A program made the position numbers and the translations under genes. Of a DNA stretch of 64,000 nt, positions 23,031 through 34,722 are shown piece after piece. Position 1 is the first letter of the stretch, and every line of letters starts with the position of its first letter. The notes below the pieces were generated by a model. The model did not search any database and was not told the origin of the DNA. It worked only from the letters and a program-made list of their open reading frames with translations. Location: positions 1-64,000 of the forward strand of contig NIVC01001699.1 in the NCBI GenBank assembly GCA_002269645.1. The letters run 5' to 3'. This DNA is from Macrostomum lignano. Taxonomy: Eukaryota.

Positions 23031-23649
23031 GACTAAAGTAACGTATATATAGGACGCAAGACTCAACTTTCGTGGAAAATTCGTTGGTGGCCGATTTTCG
23101 TAATGGTTTGCATAGCCGAAATAGAAGTAGTTTACAGCGTTATAATCGTTGCGAGATATTATCGACTGGTGTAGAACAGGTGCAGAATTTTATTCTTTTT
23201 GTAATGCATCCTTATTTGATTTTATTATATATAGCTAGATATGGAGTTGTATCTTTCCTTTTATAATGTCTTATTATGTGCTAGGCCCTATGCCTACTTC
23301 TGTAGATCTAATCTGAAAATTTTCAGCATCTTAGATACATGAGATTTCTTACTTTACTAGAACAACATATTTAACTTTATTTCATTTATTTAATAGCTAC
23401 TGCTCTTCTGTGCCACAATCCACATGACTGAGTGATATAATTATACCATAGCCATAAAGGCCTCTAGTTAATAGATCCCTCCTCATTATGTGATTATATA
23501 TAATATATTGCCCTCAGGAAGATTAATTAAAACAACATTTAAGATAGTATATATACGCTCTTATATCTACTTAAGTAGTCCTTGACCTTGGCGGAGCCTT
23601 AGACTCGATCTCAGAGTCGAAACCACAGTGGTCATGTTTACCATGTTTA

Positions 23650-24440
23650 ACTTCTATGGAGAAGCCAGCCCGTTTGTCTGGGCCGCATTCTGGACCACAG
23701 GCAGTTAAACTGGACTTTGACGTCTAAACTAAAGCCAAAAAAGCCATGGCTGTCTTGACTCCTGGCTCAGATCAGGCGCACCGTAGGCACCACCTGGGGG
23801 CCTTCCCTAGGAAGCTGTGGTGGATTTACACTGCCATTATCCTCGATCAGTTACGCCAACCTCGTGTGGGCTAGCGGCCTGAACGTCAAGGGTAACCTCG
23901 ACGCTCTATATAGAAGAACCCAGGGCAGAGCTTGCCGCATGACTATGAGCGCTCCACCCTTAACTCCTTTTAACTCCCTTTAACTCCCTACCATGAATAT
24001 CTTCTTCAATGCTCCTCCTCTGGATATTAATATCAATTAATAAAATTGTCGGCTTTTAAGAAGCGTTCGCTTATCTGTGAATATCGTAAATCGCTTGCAA
24101 CATTCTCAGAGCCACCCAGCCACCCTTTTCCGAGCCAGAGAGAGGTACAATGTCATCATTCAGCGTCGACTTGAGGCCAGTGGCAGTTAAAGCGATTCTG
24201 AAGTACAGTGTTACACTGACGGCTCAATGAGGCATGGTCTCTCAGGCTTCACAGAGCAATGCGTCCTCATCAAGGGAGAGCTACTCCCAGCACACTGGAC
24301 TTAACTCCAGTGTTTTTTAGAGCGATCTGTTTGCCATCAGCTCCTGTGCGGCAGAGCTGCACCGAAGGTAGCTCAGCGGTCGGGATTTTTTTTCACTCCG
24401 ACAGCCAAGCAGTCCTACGGGCCCTTGAAAGAAATTTGAG
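23650..24440 (+). mobile_element. Decayed LINE fragment with RNase H domain
   Basis: TDGS near 24215, an SVF-x-A-x-LFAI-like segment, and IFFHSDSQAVLRAL match non-LTR RNase H motifs. Many stops and frameshifts. Confidence 0.7.
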
Positions 24441-25118
24441 AAAACTTTGAAAGAACCTAATTAAGTTCCGTACCGTTATAGGCAAAGTAAGGGTAAGCAT
24501 AGGGTAAGGGCATTGAGTATTTTCTATGTACACTGTATAGTCGTTGATGGAATATATCTATAAATTTAGAATACACATTGTAATTGAATTAAACTGTACT
24601 TTGGCCAGATCTGTAGATAGTGATACACTGCTGTACACCAACATGTAAGCTGCAGTGTACAATACTGTATGCTAAAACGTACTTGCTTTTGCCTGATTAA
24701 AAAACATTATTGTATATTGGCAATTGGCAAAATTAGTTATCAAAATAATTTTCTTCGTTCTTAGAATAGCATAAAGAATATAAGACACCTGTATATATAA
24801 TTGCTGTTTTTGCCACTGACCTTCCAGCTGTATGTACTATACTAGTGCCGTTTGTTCTACCTTCTGAAATTGACTGTCACCAAATGTTGTCACAGGTCTC
24901 TTTGTCCTGTCCTGAGAAATCCTCTTCGCTATCACCAAATTTATCGGGTTTCTTCTTCTAATACTTATTTATGTACTTCTGTAGTATTTCACATATAGCC
25001 GCTAGCGTATTACAGCACTGATTTAGGCACGTCCTAGGCTCCCCACTAATTTTGTGCACCCAGCTCCTTTCCCTGTGATTTCTGCGCCCCGTGATGACTC
25101 ATGCTTATCGTCCATACC

Positions 25119-27248
25119 GGGTCTACGACGTTTGCCTGCGGGACGTTTGCCAGCCGACGTTTGCCTGCGGGACGTTTGCCAGCCGACATTTGCCAGCCGA
25201 CGTTTGCCAGCCGACGTTTGCCAGCGGGACGTTTGCCAGCCGAAGTTTGCCTGCCGGACGTTTGCCTGCGGGACGTTTGCCAGCCGACGTTTGCCAGCCG
25301 ACGTTTGCCAGCCGACATTTGCCAGCCGACATTTGCCAGCCGACATTTGCCAGCCGACGTTTGCCAGCGGGACGTTTGCCAGTCGGACGTTTGCCAGCCG
25401 ACGTTTGCCAGCCGCGCCTGCCGGACGTTTGCCAGCCGACGTTTGCCAGCCGACGTTTGCCAGCCGCGCCTGCCGGACGTTTGCCAGTCGGACGTTTGCC
25501 AGCCGACGTTTGCCTGCCGGAAGTTTGCCAGCCAAAATTTGCTAGCCAATATAAAGCCAGTCAGTGAAAAATTTGATACTGAAATATTCGCAGTTTAGCG
25601 GTTTGACAAAAAACATTTTTACTCCAACTTTTTGACGGTTATTCGCATATATACAAGTTTGAAAGCAAAATCTATAAATTATGCAATTTATGCAAAATCT
25701 ATATAAACTATGCAATTTATGCAAAATCTATATAAACTATGCAATTTATATAGATTTACATCTAATATCCAGTTTAACAACGATTTTCTTTGAATGTGAA
25801 AATATTGTTTACTTTTGACAATTGTGTATCGTTTTTCCCAGTTTGAGATGTTTGATTTTTGATGTGCGAAAGAAGACGCGCAGATTACAACGGTAATCTC
25901 CAGCGATTAAGTTATGAGGCAAACAAAAAGAGCTGCTGAGCGGTAATTCTGGCTCATATATTTCTCAGTTCATTGGGAGATCTAAAAGTAAGCAAATTGA
26001 TTCCAATGCTGTTGTATTACTACTCAAGTAAGCCAGGAAACCGCGATCTCAACGTACATGTGTAGACGAGTCGAAGGCGGTACGTTTTTATAGTAAGCTA
26101 TATAGCTGGACTCGGCGCACTCAGGGCTGCTCCGTGCGGCCTTTCGAGCTGACGAGAGCGTCGGGACCGAGGCCCTGTACGATCGGGCCAAGCTGCAGCG
26201 CCCGTCCACCATCCTGCGCCGACGGCGACTCCAACTGGCGGGCCACGTGATCCGGGCCGAGGGCTACTGCCCCCAACCCGTTCAGGACGTCCTGCTGCTC
26301 ACCTTGCAGGGCCCGTTCAGGCGGGGTCAGGCCCGAACCCGTCGATACGTGGACTGCCTGCTGTGCGACGCTGGGGCGCCCGACACTGCCAACGGAGCGG
26401 ATTTCGTTCGCTCCCAGGCTCTGCGGCGCGCCATCTGACGCGCCCTGCTCTAACTGACTTTGCTTGCGGGGCCGCGTATTTTGTTGTTGTTGTTGTTGTT
26501 ATATAGCTGAATAGCCAGACAAGCCGCCAGTAGCAAGCTAGTAGGATAGCAAGCGCTAGACACTACGTATGCAAAGCTTAGTCATGCCAAGGACTACTAA
26601 AGTAGAAGTACGCAGCACTCGAAATCTACGAAAAATGTTTTGAAGGCCATAGGGAGATAGGAAGTTTTCATCTTTTCAGCACAACAATTGTTATTGCTTT
26701 CATACGAGGCAAACCCAATGTTCATCTTTTGATATGTTGTGCCAAAATCGTTGTTAAACTAGATATTAGACGTTAGACTGATGAACTGCATAATTTATAG
26801 ATTTTGCTTTCAAACTTGTATATATGCGAATAACCGTCAAAAAGTTGGAGTAAAAACGGTTTTTGTCAAACCGCTAAACTGCGAATATTTCAGTATCAAA
26901 TTTTTCACTGACTGGCTTTATATTGGCTCGCAAATTTTCGCTGGCAAACTTCCGGCAGGCAAACGTCGGCTGGCAAACGTCGGCTGGCAAACGTCCGGCA
27001 GACAAACTTCGGCTGGCAAACGTCCCGCTGGCAAACGTCGGCTGGCAAACGTCGGCTGGCAAATGTCGGCTGGCAAACGTCCCGCAGGCAAACGTCGGCT
27101 GGCAAACGTCCGGCAGGCAAACTTCGGCTGGCAAACGTCCCACTGGCAAACGTCGGTTGGCAAACGTCGGCTGGCAAATGTCGGCTGGCAAACGTCCCGC
27201 AGGCAAACGTCGGCTGGCAAACGTCCCGCAGGCAAACGTCGCTATCCC
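25119..27248. mobile_element. MULE/Foldback-type non-autonomous element with long modular TIRs and a 9-bp TSD
   Basis: TSD GTCCATACC (25110-25118) and GTCCACACC (27249-27257). Termini GGG....CGACGTTTGCC. Each arm is an array of 14-bp ACGTTTGCCAGCCG units plus about 165 bp of unique inverted sequence. Confidence 0.85.
26109..26500 (+). mobile_element. 5'-truncated LINE 3' end inserted in the Foldback element
   Basis: TSD ATATAGCTG at 26100-26108 and 26501-26509; (TTG)n tail; C-terminal ORF remnant RLQLAGHVIR...RRYVDCL. Confidence 0.9.
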
Positions 27249-29164
27249 GTCCACACCCTCCTCCGCTGACCAACCCCACCTCCTTTTTTCGAAATCATTC
27301 ATTCGTGTGACAGTTTTATGACCCCAAACTCTCGAAGCTTTTTCTTGCCTGTTGCGTAATCCCCCATCATAAATCATTCTTCTCCGCTGCACCTTCACCC
27401 CAATGTATCGTCCAATAACAGCGCGGCTGACGGGTCACTTCATCAGGTTGCTTGGTAACGGGAGGTCAAGGGCAAGTCACGGCCTTCAATATCACGCATT
27501 ACGCTTACGTGATCACATGACGCATGATCTCAAGGCTATCAATAAGAGCTCGTTTCGAGTTCTTAGCGCCAACTTCCTGAACTTCCTGACCGTACTGTCA
27601 ACTGCCCTTCCTTTCCACGTTTAGCTGTTACCATTCCGCTTTTCCTTCCCTTTCGACAAGGACCTTTAACAATCGTTTAAAGGACCTTTCGGAGCTTTAA
27701 CAATCGTTCGGAGCCCCTTCACCCTAGACCTGAGCGGGCAAACCGGTACCCCTCCCGAACCCCGAACCCGGTACCAAAGCCCGACCCCAAACAGCCCACA
27801 TTAACCAAATAATCATAGCAGTAATAAAACTCCTAAATAAATCCCCGTAGGATATGTGAATGCACCACGAGAAGAGTTTCGAAAAAGTCTATAACAAATT
27901 TTACGCTAAGAATGGTTTTTAAAAACGCTGCATTAAAACAATATTGGCGAAAGTTTAAAATGCAGTAATTTCTAAGAAAGAATGAAGCTATTTATAAAAA
28001 CGTATATTTAAGCGCGTAGAATTATACACTGTCGTAAAATTACATACAATATGAAAATACAGTAATACAGTAACAGAGAAAAACAGGGCTTTTGTAGATA
28101 ATCTCTTTGACATTGATTCTACCTTTTTTTCGCACAGACAGAAGGCGGATGTTTAAGTTTTTAACCTATCATCACATCACATCATGAAGACTCAGCCTAA
28201 ATAGCTGGCATTGGCAGTAGCAGTAGGCCCTACAAGCTATATTTATACACAGGAATCAAAGTGGCTGACTCGCTTGTTAATAAGCAAACACACAATAGAT
28301 AAAAAGGCAAACAGCAAGTTTGGCTAGCAAAATTCTTGCTAGCAAGCCTTGGCTACTAAACTTTGTTACTTTACTTTAGCTAGCAACTATTAGTTAGCAG
28401 ATCTCCTGCTTGCAAATCTTGTACTTCCCTGGTTAACTAGATAATATATCTGCATTACGTGTATTTTAATATTACCTGAGCTTGAACCAAGGGTAAATAA
28501 TATAGCATTTATGTACAACTTCAGTACTATAGGCCCTACCATTTTATATCCAACTTTGAGTCTTGTTCAAAAGAAACAAGTAGAACTTCAATTCAAACAA
28601 TTAAAGCAATCTTAGCACTTATAGAAATTCAATTCAAATAAAGTACTTTTACAGGGTTTTTGTGCCAAATTTGTGCCCTTGCCATATTTTTTCCCTAATC
28701 CAAATGGTATAAATTACTTTAATTAAGGCAATTGGTCCCACTTTGGCATATTTATTTTCAATTTGGCAATCCTCATTTTGAGTTTTCAGTTCTAGACATT
28801 AAAAAACATTGTTTTATTTTATACAAACTAGGATTTTAAACCTGTAGCAGTCCAATACCTAGAACTATTTTTGCATATATTCTATAATCTAAAGCTTTAT
28901 TTAAGAAACTTATTAATAATAGGCCTAATAGTTAAAATAGAATTAAAGAAAAATTGGAATAAACTTGTGTTAAATTAAAATTTGAGGCAAGTATTGATCT
29001 TATTTATTAGGGTTATCCGGTTATAACAGATTGATAGGTAGCTAATATCTGTTTAAAATATGCATTGGCAAACTCTAGGGTCTTTGATCTCTGCCTCTAT
29101 CTCTGTCCCTTAGGTCCTTTGAAATTTCTCTGTTCTCTTCTCTCTTCTCTTTTTCTTATTTTTC

Positions 29165-29985
29165 CACAAGTATAACTTTGGCCATCAACTTTTTTGTCGA
29201 CTTTTCCATTAACTTCTGTTAACTATTCCATCAACTATTTTGTCAACTTTTCATGTTAGTAGGATAAATAACTTTATCCGTCAAATATTCTGTCAACTTT
29301 TCCGTTAACTTTTCCGTTAAGTATTCCGTTAACTTTTCTGTCAAGTATTCCAATAAATTTTTCCATTAACTCTTCCGGTAACATTTCCGTTTACTATTCC
29401 ATTAACTTTTCCGCCAAAAATCTCATCACTTTTCCATTAACTATTTCATCAACATTTATGCAAGTCTGTAAAATATATTCTATCATATTTTTTGTGTACT
29501 CTGAATGGAAAGTGTTAATTTTTTGCATAAGTGCAGTTTCCTTAGCAATTTTTTATACATACTTTAAATTTGTTGAGTATACACATGTACATGTATAAGT
29601 TATAAATAAAAAACACCCGCAAAAATTTCCAGCGCAACATGTTCCAGAATTTAATCGGTATTGCTACACTACCTGCACTACAACATCTGCACTTGTTCAT
29701 TGATTTATCTTTGTGAAATAAAGTGCTAGTACTAGGGAAAATAGAAAAGATGCATATTGCTACTAACTCAGACTTGTTTTTTCATTGATATATATAAGCA
29801 TGCAAACACAATAAATGATCAAAGAGCTACTTGCATGATGATCCTATTTGAGAAAGTCACATATGTTTTTTCAGAACAATAAATTGTTGACGGAAAATTT
29901 GATGGAATACTTGACGGAAAAGTTGACGGAAAAATTTATGGAAAAGTTGACGGAAAAGTTGACAGCCAAAGTTATACTCGTATTT
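29165..29985. mobile_element. Old foldback/MITE-like element with arrays of AACTTTTCCGTC/TT units
   Basis: AAGTATAACTTTGGC near 29168 is inverted at 29965-29980. Repeat arrays of about 12 bp lie in opposite orientation at 29185-29450 and 29885-29965. Confidence 0.55.
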
Positions 29986-32900
29986 TTCCTCTTCTCCTTT
30001 CTTCCTTTTTATCTTATTTTTTCTTTCTTATCCTTCCTCTCTTCTTTCTACTCTGTTCTCTCTACTCTTTCCCCTTTTTTGTTTCTTTTCTCTACTTTCT
30101 CATCTTTCCTTTCCATTATTCTCTCTTTCCTTTACTATCTTCCTTTAATTCTGTCTTATGTTCTTTCTCATCTCATGTTTTATCAACTTTTTCCTCTATC
30201 CCCTTTAGTTTTCTCTTATCGGCTAGATATAGCCATAAGCTATATTCTCTATTGGGTAAAAATGCAAGTCTTAAGTCTCTATGTTCCAGAAAGTAGCAAG
30301 ATGATACTGATACCCATGCTGTTTAGTGCATATCCTATGGCATCAACTCAAGTGCTTAGAAAGCCAGTTTGTATAATAGAATACTTTTAATTAGGTAGTG
30401 GTTAGTATCTCTCACTTAACTATCATGGCTAAAAGCCTCTTTACAGGGGTACAAAGAAGGCTATAAATAAGTTTTATTCCAAAACACTACATTTTCTATA
30501 TATCCTAAGCCCTATCGCCTGACCCCTTCCTCTAATAGACTGAGTAAAACAGTACAAATACCAAAAAACAGACAAACTTCATATGCTTACAGTTTCCTTC
30601 CTAATTGAGTTACAGAGTTGAGACTACATTTAGACAAAGAATAAATAAATGAAAAATTGTGTCAAGTTTCAAGTCAATTGCTTCATATAGAGCAAACTTA
30701 TGGTAGCCAAAAGTTAGTCAATTGTAAACCCCTTTTACACATCTGGCCAGATAAGGAAAAGAGAGAGGCAGAAAGGTTGGGGTGGTTGCATTGTTAAAAA
30801 AACTAACTTTAAAGTGCAAAGTGCCATTTGGGATTAACTTTAAGACTTGAAATTGTATACAATTGTGTCAAAATAGTTTAAGATTGTTTATGTCAAATTT
30901 GAAGACAATTGGTAAACTTGAAGCAACACTAAAGAATTTAGTTTTTCATACTTTATAACAATTTTTGCACTTTTAGGTAGGATTTAGTATATTAAAAGAT
31001 TTAGTATATGAAAGACTTAAATTTAGGAAATTTTAAAGTCATACTAAATTTCTGTTATCTTGCCTAGGATTTTCCTATATAGCCTAAGACATTATTCATA
31101 GTAAGTTTAGGGCAGATACAAAATTTGGTATAATTTGGTAAAACAATTTGGGAGTCCATAGCAAACAAAATTATACATAGACAGAGTTTTCATTTTTTAT
31201 AGGCATAAATTTAAATTATTATTTTTTTCATATAATTTTTTTTGTTTGTTTAAAAGTAGGGACCTACATACAAAGCACAATTCACAAAAGTAAAATTTGA
31301 TGTTTTAAATTTTAAATACATTTAAGTCAAGTAAACAATTAAAAAATATGTCATAAGAATATCAAGTTTCAAAATGGTACAAGTTTTTTTAGGGTGAGGT
31401 GCCACATGGCACATATTTATCAAATTATTAATCAAGTTATCAAGTTATTTTCAAATGAAAAAACCATGGTCCCTTTCTATTTAAACAGGTGAAATTTAAT
31501 TCAGACAATCTATAGCCAAAATATCCCCAAATGACATACATAAGTAGATTTAAAATTCAAAAGTAACAAGGATATATTTTTTTGACAATAATAATAAGTT
31601 AAAATAATAAACGTGAATACGTGAATAAACGTGAATAATAAAATAATAAGTTAGTGTTAGTTAATCAACTTAGGGGCAATCTTTTATTCTTGTGTATTGA
31701 ATTATTTTTTATTAGTTGTTTAATTTAGACCTAATTAATATATGCAAAATGATGTAGCCTAAAAGATTTATCTATAGTACAAAGGTGACTATTAGTTGGA
31801 TGGTTAGACTTAACCAGTGGTCAGTAAATATGAAGCAGATATATAAGACTCAACTCAAGAAACTCTATTATTAAAGTGCACTAATAAACCATGGTTAGTT
31901 TTTTACTTGGTTTTTTTACCATTGTTTGGGCTTATTGTTTTTATTTATTATAGGACTATCCATTTATCAGCTTCATTAGTTGATAGGTAACAATCTATCT
32001 ATTGAAATTTATTAATCTTTTCATGAATTTGTTATAGAATATAGTATTTATCATTAAACAAAACAGATAATTAAATGTGCACAAATAAAAGATTGCCAAC
32101 TTGAGCCATCTAACTACCAATTTCCTATCAACCAAGGCAATGAAAGATATAAACATGGTTAAACCATTAGTGCACTTGTCCATAGAGATATAGCCAATGA
32201 TTCTAGTGAAGCCAAGACCAAGAGCCAGTTTGGGCAATTGCCAACCCAATAATTTTGTTGGGAAGGGGCTTTGCCTTCCCAATAATATCTTTAAATCATA
32301 CCAAGAATTATAATATAGCAAAATGTACTAATATATTGAAAAGGCTTCTTTATTTAAAAATACCAAAGTTTGCCTTTATGTTGTCTACCCAACATTTTTC
32401 TTCTTTTGGTATAATTGCTACCTACTATATTGTATAGCAGCCTTTATGAATTATGATATAATCTGTCACTATTAATTATAATAGCATATTGTCAAAGCTA
32501 CTATTCCACAATCTCTTCCTTGAATTCTATTTCAACTCTATAAATTCCATTCTCTTCTAACAATTTATCATCTTCAATTTAATATTTTTAAGCATTTATA
32601 CCAATTCTTGGTATGTTATTATATAGTCATATAGTACAAAAATGAAAACAAGAAATTAGATTAACTTATAAGAATATATCCATTTATACAAATCTATCAA
32701 AATAGAATGTAACATTATTTTTTTTATTTTACTTATGCATATCACTTGGGGACAATTTTGGCTATAGATAGTCTAAATTAAAGTTCATCTATTTCAACAG
32801 AAAGGGACTTCATTTGAAATTTGAATTGAATTTCCACAAGTACTAAGATTTCTTAGTGTTTGAATTGAAGTTATACTTGGTTCTTTTGAACAAGACTTTG

Positions 32901-33910
32901 TTCAAAATAGGAGATAAAATAGTACACTGTTTCTTCCTATATTCTATAATCTTTATTGCATTTATATGCAACATTGTAAGGTCTACATTGTTGGCTTTGC
33001 TATACATCTAATTTTGTGCCTTAATCTTATATTTATTAATAAATATGACCATGTTTGCCTTTGCTTTAATAGGTTGAGTCTAAGGATTGAGGAATGATAA
33101 GTTATAGAGAATAACCTAAGTTTTGAATATTGGCTTTGGATCTATAAACTATTTCCCTATCATATAACATATTACTTTTATCTTTTTGTAAGTTTATAAT
33201 AATAGGCCTGCTTAGTTTTAATTGCCCTTAATAATTCTGGAGCTTAATACATTTTCTATCAATTTTTAATTTGTAGGCCTATATTTATTTTTACAAGTAT
33301 GCCTTTTAAGTTCATTCTAATAGGTATATACTCTAACCCATATACTTTGCTCCTAAAATCCTAAAGCACAATAAATATAGACCAATAATCCTATATTCTA
33401 TAAACCCTAAGCTATATCAGGACTTGAATGATAGTTTTATGACAGTCTTGTCAATATGTTTACAAAATAAAAATTTGAAGAAAAAGTAGGTTTTTTGCAA
33501 ATGAATAACTTTGCAATGTAATTACATAGAAAAAAACAAATATGAACTAGAAAGAAAAGAAAAAAAACTTTTCATAGAGAAAACATTTAAAAAATAATTA
33601 CTTGGCTTTCATTAGGATAATGCAAACTGTCATCTTTTTCATCAAAATAGCTTTTTTGAAAATGACACAGAAAGGTACTTTTGTATTTTTAAATTTTCAT
33701 TGGCCAAGGCCTATATTTCAATTAGTCTATAATAAATTTACTTTTATTAGGAGCAACTAATTAGAAAGACAATATATGTATGCAAAACCTCTAAAATCAT
33801 ACTTGCTATATCTATATGGCTTAGTTTTTGCTAAAAAAAACTTAGGGTAGCAAATGAAGGTGCAGAGGGTAGCAAATGAAGAGTCAAAAGGGTAGAAGTG
33901 AAGATTCAGA

Positions 33911-34461
33911 GGGAAACAACTGAAGAGTTGGGGGAGAAGCAACTGAAGAGTTGGGAGAGAAGCAACTGAAGAGTTGGGAAAGAAGCAACTGAAGAGTTGG
34001 GAGAGAAGCAACTGAAGAGTTGGGAGAGAAGCAACTGAAGAGTTGGGAGAGAAGCAACTGAAGAGTTGGGAAAGAAGCAACTGAAGAGTTGGGAGAGAAG
34101 CAACTGAAGAGTTGGGAGAGAAGCAACTGAAGAGTTGGGAGAGAAGCAACTGAAGAGTTGGGAGAGAAGCAACTGAAGAGTTGGGAAAGAAGCAACTGAA
34201 GAGTTGGGAGAGAAGCAACTGAAGAGTTGGGAAAGAAGCAACTGAAGAGTTGGGAGAGAAGCAACTGAAGAGTTGGGAGAGAAGCAACTGAAGAGTTGGG
34301 AGAGAAGCAACTGAAGAGTTGGGAAAGAAGCAACTGAAGAGTTGGGAGAGAAGCAACTGAAGAGTTGGGAGAGAAGCAACTGAAGAGTTGGGAGAGAAGC
34401 AACTGAAGAGTTGGGAGAGAAGCAACTGAAGAGTTGGGAAAGAAGCAACTGAAGAGTTGGG
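33911..34461. repeat. Minisatellite, 23-bp unit
   Basis: Unit GGGAGAGAAGCAACTGAAGAGTT, about 24 copies. Confidence 0.95.
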
Positions 34462-34722
34462 AGGGTAGCAACGGAATATTTGCAGAAAAGATTTAAGCTA
34501 ATTGGCGAGGGATCTTGTCCCTTGGGTTTTTGCTCTTCGGTTATACAGGCACATACCTTTACTCCAGACATACAATGTGGGTTGCTTGCTTAGTGTAATC
34601 AGTGCCATCAAGATAACGTTGTATTTAGCGGCCACGCCAAGTTTTACTTAGCAAATTCTAATAGCAAACATGCGCATATTTACAGGTGAGACAACAATCG
34701 TTACCTTGCTAGCATAGGCACA

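Noticed and set aside
25519-26963. G-T wobble bias in the Foldback inner arms like that of the 10755 MITE
   Set aside because: Mismatches are mixed (transversions, A-C and G-T), so there is no bias.
25023-27398. 78-codon minus ORF recreated by removing the Foldback element
   Set aside because: Short, no recognisable motif and no splice or promoter support; could be chance.
29848-30390. 180-aa hydrophobic ORF
   Set aside because: Derived from a 12-bp repeat array and a pyrimidine-rich low-complexity tract.
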